The notes beneath the pieces are model-generated. The model saw only the letters and a program-made list of their open reading frames with translations, was not told the DNA's origin and did no database searches. The position numbers and the translations under genes are program-made. A DNA stretch of 64,000 bases from Octopus bimaculoides (taxonomy: Eukaryota), in the NCBI RefSeq assembly GCF_001194135.2, contig NC_068985.1:80731816-80795815 (forward strand). Direction: 5' to 3'. Positions 23,727 through 37,268 of this stretch are shown one piece after another; the stretch's first letter is position 1, and each line of letters opens with the position of its first letter.

Positions 23727-24666
23727 ACATCAGAAAAAACTGCGATTTTAACCTATACCACCAAAAATTATTTTGTGTCTGACTATTGTCTTTTTAACTG
23801 CTTGTCTGTTTGTCTGTCTTTGTCTCTCTCTCCATTTCTCTCTCTCTCCATTTCTCTCTCTCTCCATTTCTCTCTCTCTCCATTTCTCTCTCTCTCGTAA
23901 GTCTTTCTTATGATATACACACATAAAATCCTTCCATTATGTGAACATTTTCACTCATTTACTCTCCTTTCAGTTCTTTCTCTCTCTCTCTGTTACCTCC
24001 TCTCTCTTTCTCCCTTATTCTTTGACATTATTTTACTCTTTCTCTCTTCCTCATTGTGTTTCTTTTTCCTCTTTCATTATCTCTTACATTTTCTCTCTTT
24101 CACTATCTTTTACACTTTTCTCTCATTCTTTTACTGCCTCTTTGTCTCTCTCTCTCTCCTCCCTCTCTCTCTTTCCCTCCTCTCTATATTTTCTCTTCCC
24201 ATCCTGACATTGCTTTTCTTTCACCTTCAGTTGCCTTTGTGTCTCCAATCAGAGTTTCATTCGTAGAATTCCCTAGCTTGGTAATCTATACAGATATTGG
24301 TTTAAAAGAACCAGAATGAAGAAAAGGAGGAAGAGGAGGATGAAGAGGACGATGAAAAAAGACAGAGGCAAAATAAAAGACATGGCAATGACCAGACATG
24401 AAGGCCTCATAATGTCACATGAGATGCATAGGACTTCAATGAAATCCATCCTAAAGGATAAAAAAATATTTAAAAAAAATATTATAAAACAGATTTTCTT
24501 TTAAATTTAACTATAAAAAGTAAACAAAATATCAATTAAACAAACAACAACAAAAATAAATAAACCCTATGTAACTTTCTTCAGTATAAACTATCTTGGC
24601 ATCCTGGCAACATTGGAAGAAATAATTAGAATTGAAACACAACATCATCATGTGTTGTGGTCTGTA

Positions 24667-24704
<38 letters not shown>

Positions 24705-25299
24705 TGTTGGGGGTAATTAAAAAAAATTTTAATAAATGTGTGATATATCATATTTGCAATATTATGAGAACTCAGTTCTGTTTAGAAGAACTATGATTAA
24801 AATTTATCATTTTTCTTGCTTGAGAAAAAAATAAAAAAAAGGAAACAAGAAGAAAAAGATCATCATCAACCTCACTTCACCTCTTTTGCCAACTTTCTCT
24901 CTCCGTTTCTCTCTGTCTCTTCCTCCCTTTCTCGCTCTCTCACAGACTTTCTCTCTTTTCTCAGGCAATATTGTAACACATATATACACAATCAGGCATG
25001 CATGCACAAATGATTCTTTCTCCAGTAATGACGATGTATGCATGTATGTATATATGGATAAATTCATCATCATCATCATCATCAGTCATCTGTATTCCAT
25101 GCTGGTATGAAACAAATGGCTTAACAGGATCCAATATTCTGGAGGACCACACCTTGCTCCAGTGTCACAGTTTTAACAGTGTATGTAGATGTATGCATGC
25201 ATGTGTATATATATATGCATATCGATATATATACTTACATACACACACATAGGTATATATCTCTATACACCTAGCTATCAATCTCTCTCTGTCTACCTC

Positions 25300-25373
<74 letters not shown>

Positions 25374-25841
25374 NNNNNNNNNNNNNNNNNNNNNNNNNNN
25401 NNNNNNNNNNNNNNNNNNNNNNNNNNNNNNNNNNNNNNNNNNNNNNNNNNNNNNNNNNNNNNNNNNNNNNNNNNNNNNNNNNNNNNNNNNNNNNNNNNNN
25501 NNNNNNNNNNNNNNNNNNNNNNNNNNNNNNNNNNNNNNNNNNNNNNNNNNNNNNNNNNNNNNNNNNNNNNNNNNNNNNNNNNNNNNNNNNNNNNNNNNNN
25601 NNNNNNNNNNNNNNNNNNNNNNNNNNNNNNNNNNNNNNNNNNNNNNNNNNNNNNNNNNNNNNNNNNNNNNNNNNNNNNNNNNNNNNNNNNNNNNNNNNNN
25701 NNNNNNNNNNNNNNNNNNNNNNNNNNNNNNNNNNNNNNNNNNNNNNNNNNNNNNNNNNNNNNNNNNNNNNNNNNNNNNNNNNNNNNNNNNNNNNNNNNNN
25801 NNNNNNNNNNNNNNNNNNNNNNNNNNNNNNNNNNNNNNNNN

Positions 25842-25874
<33 letters not shown>

Positions 25875-25950
25875 CATATTCAAAATATAACCACATGTAA
25901 ATCTTTGGCAATTTTCTTCCTCCATCTTCCTTTCTATTGGACTTTCCTCT

Positions 25951-25985
25951 GTTTCTGAAGAAGAGCATTGCTTGAAACGTTAAAC
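25951..25985 (+). ncRNA. Minimal type I hammerhead ribozyme motif in a (TA)n-flanked cassette (25868-26087)
   Basis: GUUU-CUGAAGA-A-GAGC AUU GCUU-GAAA-CG-U-U/AAAC: stem I GUUU/AAAC, stem II with G10.1-U11.1, palindromic stem III ACGU. Confidence 0.7.
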
Positions 25986-26747
25986 CATCTTTCTTTCCTT
26001 CCCTGAGTGTCTGCTAATACTTTACATGTACCACGTCCTCGCGTTGTTGTGTTTTTTTTTTGTTTGTTGTTCTTTTTGGGGATTTACTATATATATATAT
26101 ATATATATAATCCAGAATTTGATGTCATTGTTCATCACTTATAATGAACAACAAAATCAAACATTGATAAGTACTAAAATGTACTGATCCCTTCTGCTCT
26201 GACAGGTTACCTAAATTAGGCTTGTTGAATGTACTCTGATTTATAGGTAAGTTTAGAATATCAATGTCTTATACCTCCTATTCCATTTATGGAACCAACT
26301 CACCTTCCTCTCCTCCTGTATACTATGTCTGCATTTTTCTCTCTCTCTTTCTCCCTCTGTCTTTGTTCATAAACCCTTCTCCACCCTACTGTATCCTCTT
26401 TCCATCTCTGGACATAGTATCTGCTGGCTCAGTTTTCCTCTGGCAGCACTTCCTTGCCAATTCTAAAATTAACTATCTCCTCTCTGCCTTCTGTTTACCA
26501 TTTTTCTATCCATTTCCCTCTTCCTTCATCAGCTGTCTTTCCCCGCTCTCATATCTCTCCAAATAGTAGAGATTTTCGTCTCCATCTATGTGTCTGTCCA
26601 TCTGTCTGTTTGTCTCTGCCTCTCTCTCTTTCTCTCTCTCCCTTCATTTTTAATGTGACACAACTAGTTCAGCAATGAGCATATTTTTGGTATGTTGGTG
26701 GTGGTGGTGAGGTGCAGTTATTTAAATTTTTTTTTTACCTTTACATC

Positions 26748-26891
26748 TGTAGTAGTAGTAGTAGTAGCTGTTGTAGTGACTAGAGATATGCTTGTAATTG
26801 TAAAAATAATTGTAAACTACTACTACTACTACTACTGCTGCTGCTGCTCCTGGTGGTGCTACTACTACTACTGCTGGTGCTGGTGCTGCTG

Positions 26892-26945
<54 letters not shown>

Positions 26946-27180
26946 AGCAGCAGCAGTAGCAGCAAAGTAGAGTAACAGTGATAGTAGTAATGCTAGTGGT
27001 GCTAATAATAGTACTAATAATTAAAGTTGTTAGTAGTAGTAGTCATATTTTGGCAATAGTTATGTTAGTAGCAGTACTAATAATAGTGGTTAAGGATTAT
27101 ATTATGTTAGTATTAGTGATGATAATAATAATGGCTATTATCGTAATAGTGGTAGTAGTTATGCTTGAAGTAGCAGCACT
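26748..27180. repeat. Compound (TAG)/(TAC)/(TGC)/(CAG) trinucleotide region
   Basis: Direct. Confidence 0.85.
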
Positions 27181-28399
27181 ATTTGGCACTAAATGAGAAG
27201 GAGTAAGACAAGCTTCTGTTGATGAAAACTGACCAAGTTTGATGATCTCAGCTTGTTTTTTTCTTCTTGTTATGCTGATCAATAGCCATTGATGTATGCA
27301 AGCAATAAAAAAACAAAACATTTAAGCGAGATTTGCATATGTAATTAGAAGGCGAGTAACCAGATGTAATCAGAACCATTTATACATCTGTGAACTTTTG
27401 ACCATTATTTCCATGCTATAATCGCTACTTGCATGCTGCTACCGAAGAGGAAAGAAATCCCTTCTTGTGTTCCATTACTCAGCAATTTGTTCTGCCTACT
27501 ACCCCTAGACTTAATGTGTCACACCCCACTATAACAAGTTACTGTGTTATTTTGTATTTAATTGGTAGTTCTTTTTTTCTATTTTAAAATTGACCTTCCC
27601 TGCCAAAAAAAAAAACAAAAAAAACTCAAAACAGCAAAATATTATTCTTTGTTGTTGGTTTTCCTTACATCTAAAAAAGTCCAGAAATTCTTCAGCTGTT
27701 TATTAATCCTAAATTTTTACACTTTTATGTTTAAATCCTGAAATAAAAGAAAAATACGACAAAAAGAAATAAAATAATTCATCTTGTTACCAATCTAAAA
27801 TTACTGTGTCCCTCTGAAATTTGTCAATTGAATTTAGTTTGCTAATCAGTGGGAGTGTTGCATTAGCTAATCACTTGGAGTGTTTCATGAGCATGTGGCT
27901 GTGTGGTTAACAAATAAGCTTTGCAGTCACAGGATTCTAGATTCAATCTCACAGTTCCGTAGTTTCAGAGGGCATCTTCTACTATTGCTTTGGATTGACT
28001 GAATTCTTGTGAATGAAACTGTACAGAAGCCCATCATATGGATTGAACCTGTGATTTGAAAGCCAGTCTTGCTATACTCTCTATTACACTGATTCTCAGG
28101 ATTACACTAATGGTACATTGTTTGTGGATTACTCAATGATTTAAACTGTAATTACACTATAAAGAGTTGATAACCTCTTCGGTAGAACAACTGGAACACT
28201 TGCACATCAAAGTTGACCAGAGAGTTCATTTGTACAGCTGCAATGTAAGAAGTTATGTAACCTTTGTAATCAGCAGCAGCCTCCCTACCCACGACCACAA
28301 ACCATTTCCTCCTTTTTCTGTGATAGTATGATTTGGCTAGGTTTGCAGTACAGCTTTTATCCCCACTCTACTAAATCCTATATCTTATCTTCTTTGAGG

Positions 28400-28635
28400 C
28401 AACGAGAGCCATATTTCAACCTCACCCTGACTTTTCACATTTCTTTGGTCTTCCTCTACCACTGGTTTCATCCAGTCTCAGCATACAGTATTTATTTCTT
28501 CACAGCTACTTTTATCTGTTTTCATCACCTCTACAAATCAAAGCATGCAGTCACTACTTCTGCATACATTGACTAATTATATCAATGCCTAGTATCTTTA
28601 TTGTTTTACTTATCCTCCACCTTACACTTTAGCAT
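28400..28635 (-). mobile_element. Decayed RTE 3' fragment
   Basis: Minus reading includes GRGRPKK preceded by a decayed RL.WF..V-like segment. Confidence 0.45.
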
Positions 28636-29709
28636 CCAACTGGTATTATACAATTCCTTTGCTCGTCTTTATAGATCTTTCACATTCATGGCCCAAATCT
28701 TTAAGCCCTTCCTCCAAACAAAGGAAAAAGTATTAAAAAAAAAATTTCTCCACATGAAACCACGACGTAAATTCTAAGTAGCTTTACTTGTACTTTTTAG
28801 AACACTATACTTAGCAGAAGTTTATGTTTATTACTGCAATAGTAACATCACCTTTTCCAATGCTTTCAGCCCTTCTCTCTCTCTCTCTCTTTAATGCAAA
28901 ACTTGGCTTTCATAAATCCATATGAAATACCTCGATGACATCATAGGTGACATTTCAACTCAGATTGTAGAGAGATTAAACTAAATTCTGTAACAGCATT
29001 TAGTTCAGCATTCTACTAAATAATTTCATACAGATGCAAGACAACAAATTTTAGTGAAATGTACTGTCAGATAAATCAATCCCAGTACTTGATTGGTGCA
29101 CAATGATTCCCATGAGGACACAGAACATCACATGTCATGAGCACAGGATCAAAGGGCAGATTTATGGATGTATTCCACCCAATCTTTACAATCATTGCTC
29201 AATGTCAATTAGATTTTGCTGGTCATAGCTTTGTGTTGAATTCAAGGCTCTATCAGATGTTACATTTTGGAGACATTTGCATGCAAAATATGGCAAAGCA
29301 TTATATCTGGCACTCTCTTATGCTACTCCATAACCCACATGAAAGTTACGATAAAGTGTTTTCCACTAACTTCTATAAATTTTAAATCAATCACACACCT
29401 GAATAAATTCTTACACCATGTCTCTCTACCTTTATTTGATTTTTAAGACTTTCTCATGTAGATTCCTAAGTGTTTATCTGAGTGTATACACAAATGAGGG
29501 AGTTTCTATGTAGCTGCCTGACTTAAACCAACACACACATCCATACATTAATGTATGTATGTGTCTGTATCTGTCTTTAAGTGAATGTATATGTGTATAT
29601 AAATGAATGAATGTGTGTGTATATACATAAACACACATACACACACATATATATGTGTGTATGTTTATATATATGTATGCGTACATATGTATATATATCT
29701 ATTCTTTTA

Positions 29710-30133
29710 TTCTTTTACTTATTTCAGTCATTTGACTGCAGCCATGCTGGAGCACTGCCTTGAAGGGTTTTAGTCAAACAAATCAACCTCGAGACTTATT
29801 TCTTAAGTCTAGTACTTATTCCATCAATCTCTTTTGTCGAACTGCTAAGTTATGGGGATGTAAACACACCAATACCAGTTGTCAAGTGGTGATAGGGGGA
29901 CAAGCACAGACCTAAAGACACCCACACATAGATATATACATACACACACGTGCGCATGCACACACACACATACATCCCCCCACACATATGATGGGCTTCT
30001 TTCAGTTTCTGTCTACCAAATCCACTCACAAGGCTAGAATAGAAGGCACTTATCCAAGATGCTATGCAGTGGGACTGAACCTGGAACCATGTAGTTGAGA
30101 AGCAAGCTTCTTATAACACAGCCATGTCTGCAC
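29710..30133 (-). mobile_element. SINE family A, near full length
   Basis: Collinear with 5650-6118. Confidence 0.85.
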
Positions 30134-30893
30134 CTATGTACATAATATATTTATATAATTATATATATATAATATATATTTATTTATATATACATACAAA
30201 CACACATATATATGCACATACACATGCATGTATAGATATATACATACATACATTTCACATATGCTTACATTCATGTGTTTGTACATGCATACATACATAC
30301 ATTCCAGCATTTATAACATTTCTTATTTTTTGAATATATGCCTGGAGGCTATCTTAAAAATACAGACATCTCTTTATATTTGTTTGCTTTAAAAACTAGA
30401 AATTTCTTGAAATTTCAAAATGTTATGAAATGTAACTCTTCATTAAACAGTCATTGGACATTTTATTAATCCCTTTGATATCAACCTGCCTGATATGAAA
30501 TTGCCAATGTAAACGTGTGCAAATGTAATTTAAAACTTTCCACCACAATTTTATACAAAAACTTTTTTGTTACACTCCCAACACTGGCTTAATAATGGAA
30601 AGTTTGTTAATTTGCTTGATCACCCCAAATTCCTGATTATTTTTAAAATTTAAGTAACAAATAGATTAACCAATGTCTTTTGATTAAACAATTCCATTTT
30701 ACAATAATATTTTCTTGTTATTATAATTGCAGTTGCATGGTTGTAGATGAATTTTGATGTTGCCTTTTCCCATCATTTGAAATATTAAAATACACACATA
30801 CATACATACATACATACATACATACATACATAACACACTCAAATATATGCACATACATACACATGCACATACATGCAGTCATCCATACTTTAC

Positions 30894-30930
<37 letters not shown>

Positions 30931-31467
30931 CATCACCTATCTCTGCATTATATATATATATATATATAATGTATGTATGTATATATTCAAAATGCATGTG
31001 AATTATTGAGAATGTGTTCGTGTATATCTTGGAGCAAGGTTAATTAAGTAATTCTTATTCTTGATATATTTTTAGTTTAAAGCAGGTTTACTTTTTCCTC
31101 ACTCTCATACAGACACATGCACACCTTTTAAAAGTCATTAACTGTATATAACACTTTGTTAGAGAAATGCCAATAAGCATCAGTTTATGCTTCTGAAAAC
31201 AAGCAGTTAATTCATGACCTTTCTTTTGTACACACTTGTTTATCTAGCTTAACTTATTTCTTATTTGCCAAAGATGCTGTAAGATATTTACTGCAGTTTT
31301 GTAAGACATTTTAATGACAGAAGTAAGTTTATGTTGCCATAGTTGAATATTTCCTCGATTCTAATCAAATTGTTTCATGATATATTTATGCAGTACACAG
31401 ATGTACAAATTAAAATGACTTTTATCAGTTGTGTGTGTGTGTGTATACATGTATATATGTATGTAAG

Positions 31468-31592
<125 letters not shown>

Positions 31593-32449
31593 GTGTGTGA
31601 GTGTGTGTATGCATTGTACTTGTTTATTTTTATAACTTGTTTTTTTTTTTGCTTATATCAAGCCATGATAGCTTTTTTTAGAGTGTAGCATTGTTGAAAT
31701 AGCTTAGTAGTTGTGATATTTGACCATATGCCAATGGAACATGAGTTCATAACAATTGATAGCATATCATCAGGCTTTTGAACAAAATATTTTATTCTAT
31801 ATAGTCTTCAGTTCACCTCACAATCAGGAAAAAATGCTGCATTTTCTGGTATACAAGTCATTGTAGTATATAATGTTATACATGTAGTGTTAAATTCAAA
31901 CGTCACTATCTTTCCAAATCCTACTGTGGTCTTCCAAAGTTGTTTTGAAATAAAAGTTGACCTACCTCTTTTGGCTGTTAATTTTGGTTTGAAAAATTTG
32001 ACTTATATGCTGAAAAATACAGAATCTAGATTTTAGCTCCGACAATGATCCTGTTTTGAGATGTGGCATGCAGCAGTATACTCTATATTAAATACATCAT
32101 GCATAAGGTATCTATCACTTCCTTGGCTTGAGATTATCCAAGCATATGACCAGTGATATTTTTTTTACTTCAAAGGAATATAAAACAAAAGCAGATCTGT
32201 TGTGATTTGAACTCAGAATGATTAAATGCTGTGCAGCATTCAATCTGGTTTTCTATCATCTACAAGAACATATTAGTCTTTTCCTTTTTGTTCAATAGAC
32301 ACACTCAATGCTTGCAGGGTTTGGGTAATAGTGAAGACACTACTTAGTTGATCAACTCTGAAAGGATCAATGGGTTTTGTCAACTTGTAATGCATTTTCT
32401 GTTTCTTTGTTACTTGGTACTCTTGAATGTTGTTGTCATTGTTGCCATT

Positions 32450-32620
32450 GCCATCGTCATCATCATTATCATTATTACAAGTTCATAACCTGCATAGTGC
32501 TTCAACGACTGCTTTGGCATGATTTCCACAGTTGGATGCCTGTCCTAATGTCAAGCGTTTTACAGTATGTACTGGGTGGGTTTTTTTCATGGCACTATCA
32601 CTAATGCTGTCACCATGTAG
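32450..32620 (-). mobile_element. RTE-tail repeat (family C)
   Basis: (CAT)n followed by GTTGGATGCCTGTCCTAATG, similar in reverse complement to 4005-4030. Confidence 0.6.
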
Positions 32621-32899
32621 CTTGCAAGATTAAAATCCCCTTCTACTGAGTGGGGCTAGAGTAGAGAGGGAGGTGACTTGATGTTATGAGATGAGGGAGA
32701 AGTGAGAGAGAAAACTCCAGAACAGAACAAGGTTTTCTTTGCTGTAGAGGAGCTATACAGCTACACACATTATAGAAGGGAAGGTGGGAGTAAGTTCTTA
32801 AGGTGTTGGAAAGAGTTAAAAAAACTACTGGTGATGAAGTGTCAAGGAGCCCTCAAAATATGGGATGCATATGTCTTCATGGGTTTCTTCTGCATGTTC

Positions 32900-33800
32900 T
32901 ATCTACAATTAGTCTTTAGCACTCCTTTAAACTGCTGTCTCATCCATCTCAGGTCCAGCCTGCACAGTCTTCTTTCTTGCACACGACATCTAGTTCCTCT
33001 TATGCCTAGTTTTTCTATCAATGTGTTTGTACTTTGTCATTCATGCACCCTTACATTGCATATCCATTGAAGTATGCTGGTTTCATTTCTTTCTAGTCGT
33101 CTCAAATCCATTGCATCCAAGGCCTTTGTCTCACTACAACCATTGAAGTTTAAAGTTGTAACATATGCATCATATAATATTCCCTTCAATTTGAAGGAAA
33201 AGAACATTGTTGCCAGCAGTGGTATAAGCCCCCTGAACCTTTTCTAACCTATTGCTACCCTTGCTACTATACTTTGTGAACAACCAGCTCCCTAACTAAT
33301 TACAATTCCTAAGTAACAAAAGCAATTAACTACTTCAAGTGAGTTGTCTGGGCATCGAAGAGAATCTATTTCTGGTGTGCTCACAGTATCTACTGCACTA
33401 GTGCATCTGTTACATATAAAACCTGTCAATCATTGTTGAACTAGTCTGCAGAAGAGTCTCACACAAGTTGTCCTATTCTGTTAATCTTGCTTGTGGGGTA
33501 TATGTAGAGAAAAATGTCATTGTTGAGTTCCCCATAACTAGTCTCAACTTAATTATCCTTCTCACATTCTAACTGTTTCAGTTACTTTACCTGTCCATTT
33601 CTCAGCTAAAAGAATGCCTACCTCACCTCTGCTATCACTATTACTCACCTAGAAGGATTTGATTTTCTTTTGTGTAAGGAAATTGGTTGAGGGAACCTTT
33701 CCGTCTTACCTCTTGCACACAACACTCATCCACTCCTCTCTGTCCCAGCATCTCCACAATCTCACCAGACCTGTCTTTCCTTGTGCCAATGTTTATAGTT
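32900..33800 (-). mobile_element. Internally deleted RTE LINE (APE N-terminus joined to C-terminus)
   Basis: Minus: GRSGEIVEMLGQRGVDECCVQEVR...GEVGILLAEKW (APE) at about 33430-33790, and LRRLERNETSILQWICNVRV...RCRVQERRL at about 32950-33250. Confidence 0.8.
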
Positions 33801-34089
33801 GCAGCCCTTAAGTATTGGAACTAACAAAAAAAATTTATCTTTGATGGCAAATCTGTTTTCGTGTTGGTTCATTACAATCTGAGGATGCTTGTACCTGTAA
33901 GAAATAACAAAAGTTGGGTCACGTTTTACTGTCAGTTGGTAGATTTACACACATGGATACTTTTTTCAATTTAATTTCTCATCATTCATTCATTCTCCAA
34001 AACTTGCTGCATATGCTAGCACAGGCACCATTTAAATATTATCAGCAAATAAAAAAGTAAATATTCCTTATTTTATATATCTATATATA

Positions 34090-34470
34090 CATCTATTTCC
34101 ATGTAGACATGTGTGTATATATATATGTATGCATATATGTATATATATATATATATGTGTATATATGTCTATATATGTATGTGTATATATGTATATATGT
34201 GTGTGTATATATGTATATATGTGTGTGTATATATGTATATATATGTGTATATATGTGTGTGTATATATGTATATATATGTGTATATATGTGTGTGTATAT
34301 ATGTGTGTATGTATATGTATATATATATATATGTATGTATACATATGTATGTATACATATGTATGTATATGAGTGTATATACATGTATATACATGCATAC
34401 ATATATTTATATACATATCAGCACACACACACACACACAAACACACCCACACATACACATACACACGCGT

Positions 34471-34512
<42 letters not shown>
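34090..34512. repeat. Compound (TA)/(TG)/(CA) microsatellite
   Basis: Direct; source of many spurious YI/CV/HT ORFs. Confidence 0.95.
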
Positions 34513-34516
<4 letters not shown>

Positions 34517-34559
34517 CAGCACAGGTGTCACAGTGTAGTTTCAATGTATATTCCTTTTG

Positions 34560-36083
34560 CCATACTCAAAATCAGTGTGTGGCATGCTAATTGTATATAT
34601 AAAACAACTTCATATAGCTATATGTACTATTTGTTGCCCACCAGATGCTCCAAATCACAGAGGCAGATATGAAGACTGCCTTGCAAAAATAGAAGTCTTA
34701 ACCAAATTAGTACAACATATCAATGTACTTTTCATGAGAGATTTCAGCCTGCCCAATGAGCCTTTTCCTCTTATTGATGACATGGCATAAACAAATGCAA
34801 GTGAAATTCCTGCTCAACCTCACTAACACATTATACATAGAGCAAATAGTACTCCAAACAACTAGGGAAAACAACACATGATCTCTGCTTCACAAACAAT
34901 ATGAATCTCAACCCTAATGTGAAAGTGACAGCAATGCTAGCTTCAGATCACAATATGACAGAGCTGACCATGTATAGATTAAAGGAATCCACAGACACAC
35001 ATTTTATGAGAAGCACCCAAAATTTATCCAATCTGAACTTCCATAAAGCAGGCTTGAAATTGATTGAGAAGGAGATCTTCAAATAAGATTAGCCTCAATG
35101 TCTCTCTACACCTGATATCGACATGAAACTTAAAGAATTCATGTCCATAATGCATGCTCTATGTTTTGTCCTGGAGAGAAATGCCATTCTCGGGGAGAGT
35201 TCTTGAGATGGCATACAAAAATTGCAAACAACCTAAATGGAGTACTCACTGGCCATGAAAACTCTTGCCTGAAAACAATACTGTTGGAGATTGAGAAAAA
35301 TCTGAAACATTCACATATAAAAGGGAGATAGACAAAGAAGCCTGGGTTATAGAAAATATAAAAATCAAACCTTAAGATCTTCTTTAAGTTTGCCAAAAAA
35401 AACTGCTTCAGGGTAGGGTCATTCATACAAAAAGATGGCTCCCTCACAGGAAACCCAACAAGGCTAAGTGAAACAGTATGAGCAATTCAAAAATGTTCTC
35501 ACCCCACTCTTATGGCATATTCAAGTTACCAAACCTATAGAGTTCTTAACCATTACAGATATAAAACGTGAGGCAGTAGCAATTCTGTAAATGAGCCCTA
35601 GAAGAACCATTGCAGTCTCTCTTGTAGAGTTTCCTTGAGGCAAGTTGAAGGAAGGAATAATATGGCAAATTCATGAAGGAGGTAGCAGAGCAGATGTTAA
35701 AAACTATAGGCCTACCCTCACATATCAGCAAAGTCATGGAATGGATAGTCTGTAGGAGACTAGTCACTTTCCTTGAGAAAAATGACTTGTTGACTGACAC
35801 CCAGCATCGTTGCCAGCCAAGGAGAAGCTGCCTAACAACACTATGACTGAATGTTGAAATCACTCAAATATGGATATGATATACCTTGACTTTGTAAAGG
35901 CCTTCAATAAAGTCAATCATGTAATGGTATGTCACAGGCTGTGTGAGCTTGGCATAGTTGGAAAACTTGGAGAGTGGCTACATGACTAATTAAAAGATAG
36001 AAGCTAGGCAGTGGTGACCAACTTCCAAGGAAGCACAAAGAATTAGAGGTGTCCCACAGGGCACTGTCTTGGGGCCACTACTG

Positions 36084-36088
<5 letters not shown>
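34560..36088 (+). mobile_element. CR1-clade LINE ORF2 remnant (APE plus RT up to the PQG motif)
   Basis: LIVYIKQLHIAICTICCPPD...RDFSLP (APE-like), LNFHKA, KNYRP, HISKVME, DMIYLDFVKAFNKVNH, GVPQGTVLGPLLF; ends abruptly at (TA)n. Confidence 0.9.
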
Positions 36089-36122
<34 letters not shown>

Positions 36123-36413
36123 AACATAGGGTAAAAATATCAGATATTAATTAATATCAATTTATTACCAGGAAGCTAGCACATTGAAAGAATCAGAGAG
36201 ATTCAGAAAAAATATCTGAGATCTTAGGGGATTAAAGTATATGTTTATATATAATGATGACCACTAAAGTGGACATTTAATGTGCTAGAAGAAGATCACA
36301 TTTTGTATCTACTAAGACCTAATAGTTCTCAAAAGAAATTCAGCGAAATACCAAACCATATGCGGGTAAGTCAGTGAAAATTACATAAATAAAATAAAAT
36401 TAAAACATTGTTA

Positions 36414-36477
36414 TTCGTGTACTAGTTTCGGAATTAATATTCTCTTACTGAAAATATCTGTCCCTCTTCAGCACGAA
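36414..36477 (-). ncRNA. Type I hammerhead ribozyme motif with intact core
   Basis: UUCGUG-CUGAAGA-GGGA...UUCC-GAAA-CUAG-U-A/CACGAA: 6-bp stem I, extended stem II (AUAUUUUC/GAGAAUAU), palindromic stem III ACUAGU, GUA cleavage triplet (cut between 36420 and 36419). Confidence 0.8.
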
Positions 36478-36534
36478 CTGCAAGGAAATTATAATTTTCA
36501 CTGTCTTTCCCGCATACGGTTTGGTATTTCATTG

Positions 36535-36780
36535 ACGATTTGACTGAGGACTGGTGAAACCGGATGGCTACACCAGGCTCCAATCTGATTTGGCAGAGTT
36601 TCTACAGCTGGATGCCCTTCCTAACGCCAACCACTCTGAGAGTGTAGTGGATGCTTTTACGTGCCACCTGCATGAAGGCCAGTCAGGCGGTACTGGCAAC
36701 GGCCACGCTCAAATGGTGTATTTTATGTGCTACCTGCACAAGAGCCAGTCCAGGGGCACTGGCAACGATCTCGCTTGAAA
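36535..36780 (-). mobile_element. RTE 3' UTR/tail repeat (family C)
   Basis: CAGCTGGATGCCCTTCCTAACGCCAACCACTC is the reverse complement of about 3996-4025. Confidence 0.8.
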
Positions 36781-36875
36781 GTTTGTAAATATTTATGAAT
36801 GAAGAATTTTGCCTAGGCAGTGAAGTTTACTTTCAAGATCTTTTACCACTTCAGGTGGTAAAAAGTGTGTGTGTG

Positions 36876-36915
<40 letters not shown>

Positions 36916-37235
36916 TGTAGATGTTGCTGGAAAAAAAGTCTGTGTGTATGCCATTAATGTAATTCTGTATAATTTTGGACTTTGTATGGTTACATATAGA
37001 AATATAAACAAACTAACACACACACACACACACACAAATATACTCATTTGTTTTGAAGTTTATGTTCCATTCTATTAAATATACTCATCCACCTGCTCTG
37101 GAGAATGAATCAGACATAACGTGATGGGTAACCAGGGAGAGACAAAAGCGAAGAACAGCCAGTCTCACTCAGGAAGAACCAGATGTGAGAAGATTAAACA
37201 ATACATTAAGCTTATTATTTACTGTATAATTTTCT

Positions 37236-37268
37236 TGCCATCATTCTTGATGGCACAGGTACACTAGT
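37236..37268 (+). mobile_element. Probable Helitron 3' terminus
   Basis: Perfect 8-bp hairpin TGCCATCA-TTCT-TGATGGCA, 8 nt spacer, then CTAG followed by T. Confidence 0.5.

Noticed and set aside
26206-26246. 41-nt segment with strong acceptor and GTAAGT donor
   Set aside because: Stop codons in all three frames; at most a non-coding exon, with no other support.
27215-27285. TGATGA/CTGA boxes suggesting a C/D snoRNA
   Set aside because: Spacing is wrong (3 nt between C and first CTGA) and no guide complementarity was recognised.
36544-36565. CTGAGGA...GAAAC hammerhead-like spacing
   Set aside because: No stem II or stem I; it lies in the minus-strand RTE tail repeat and is a chance match.
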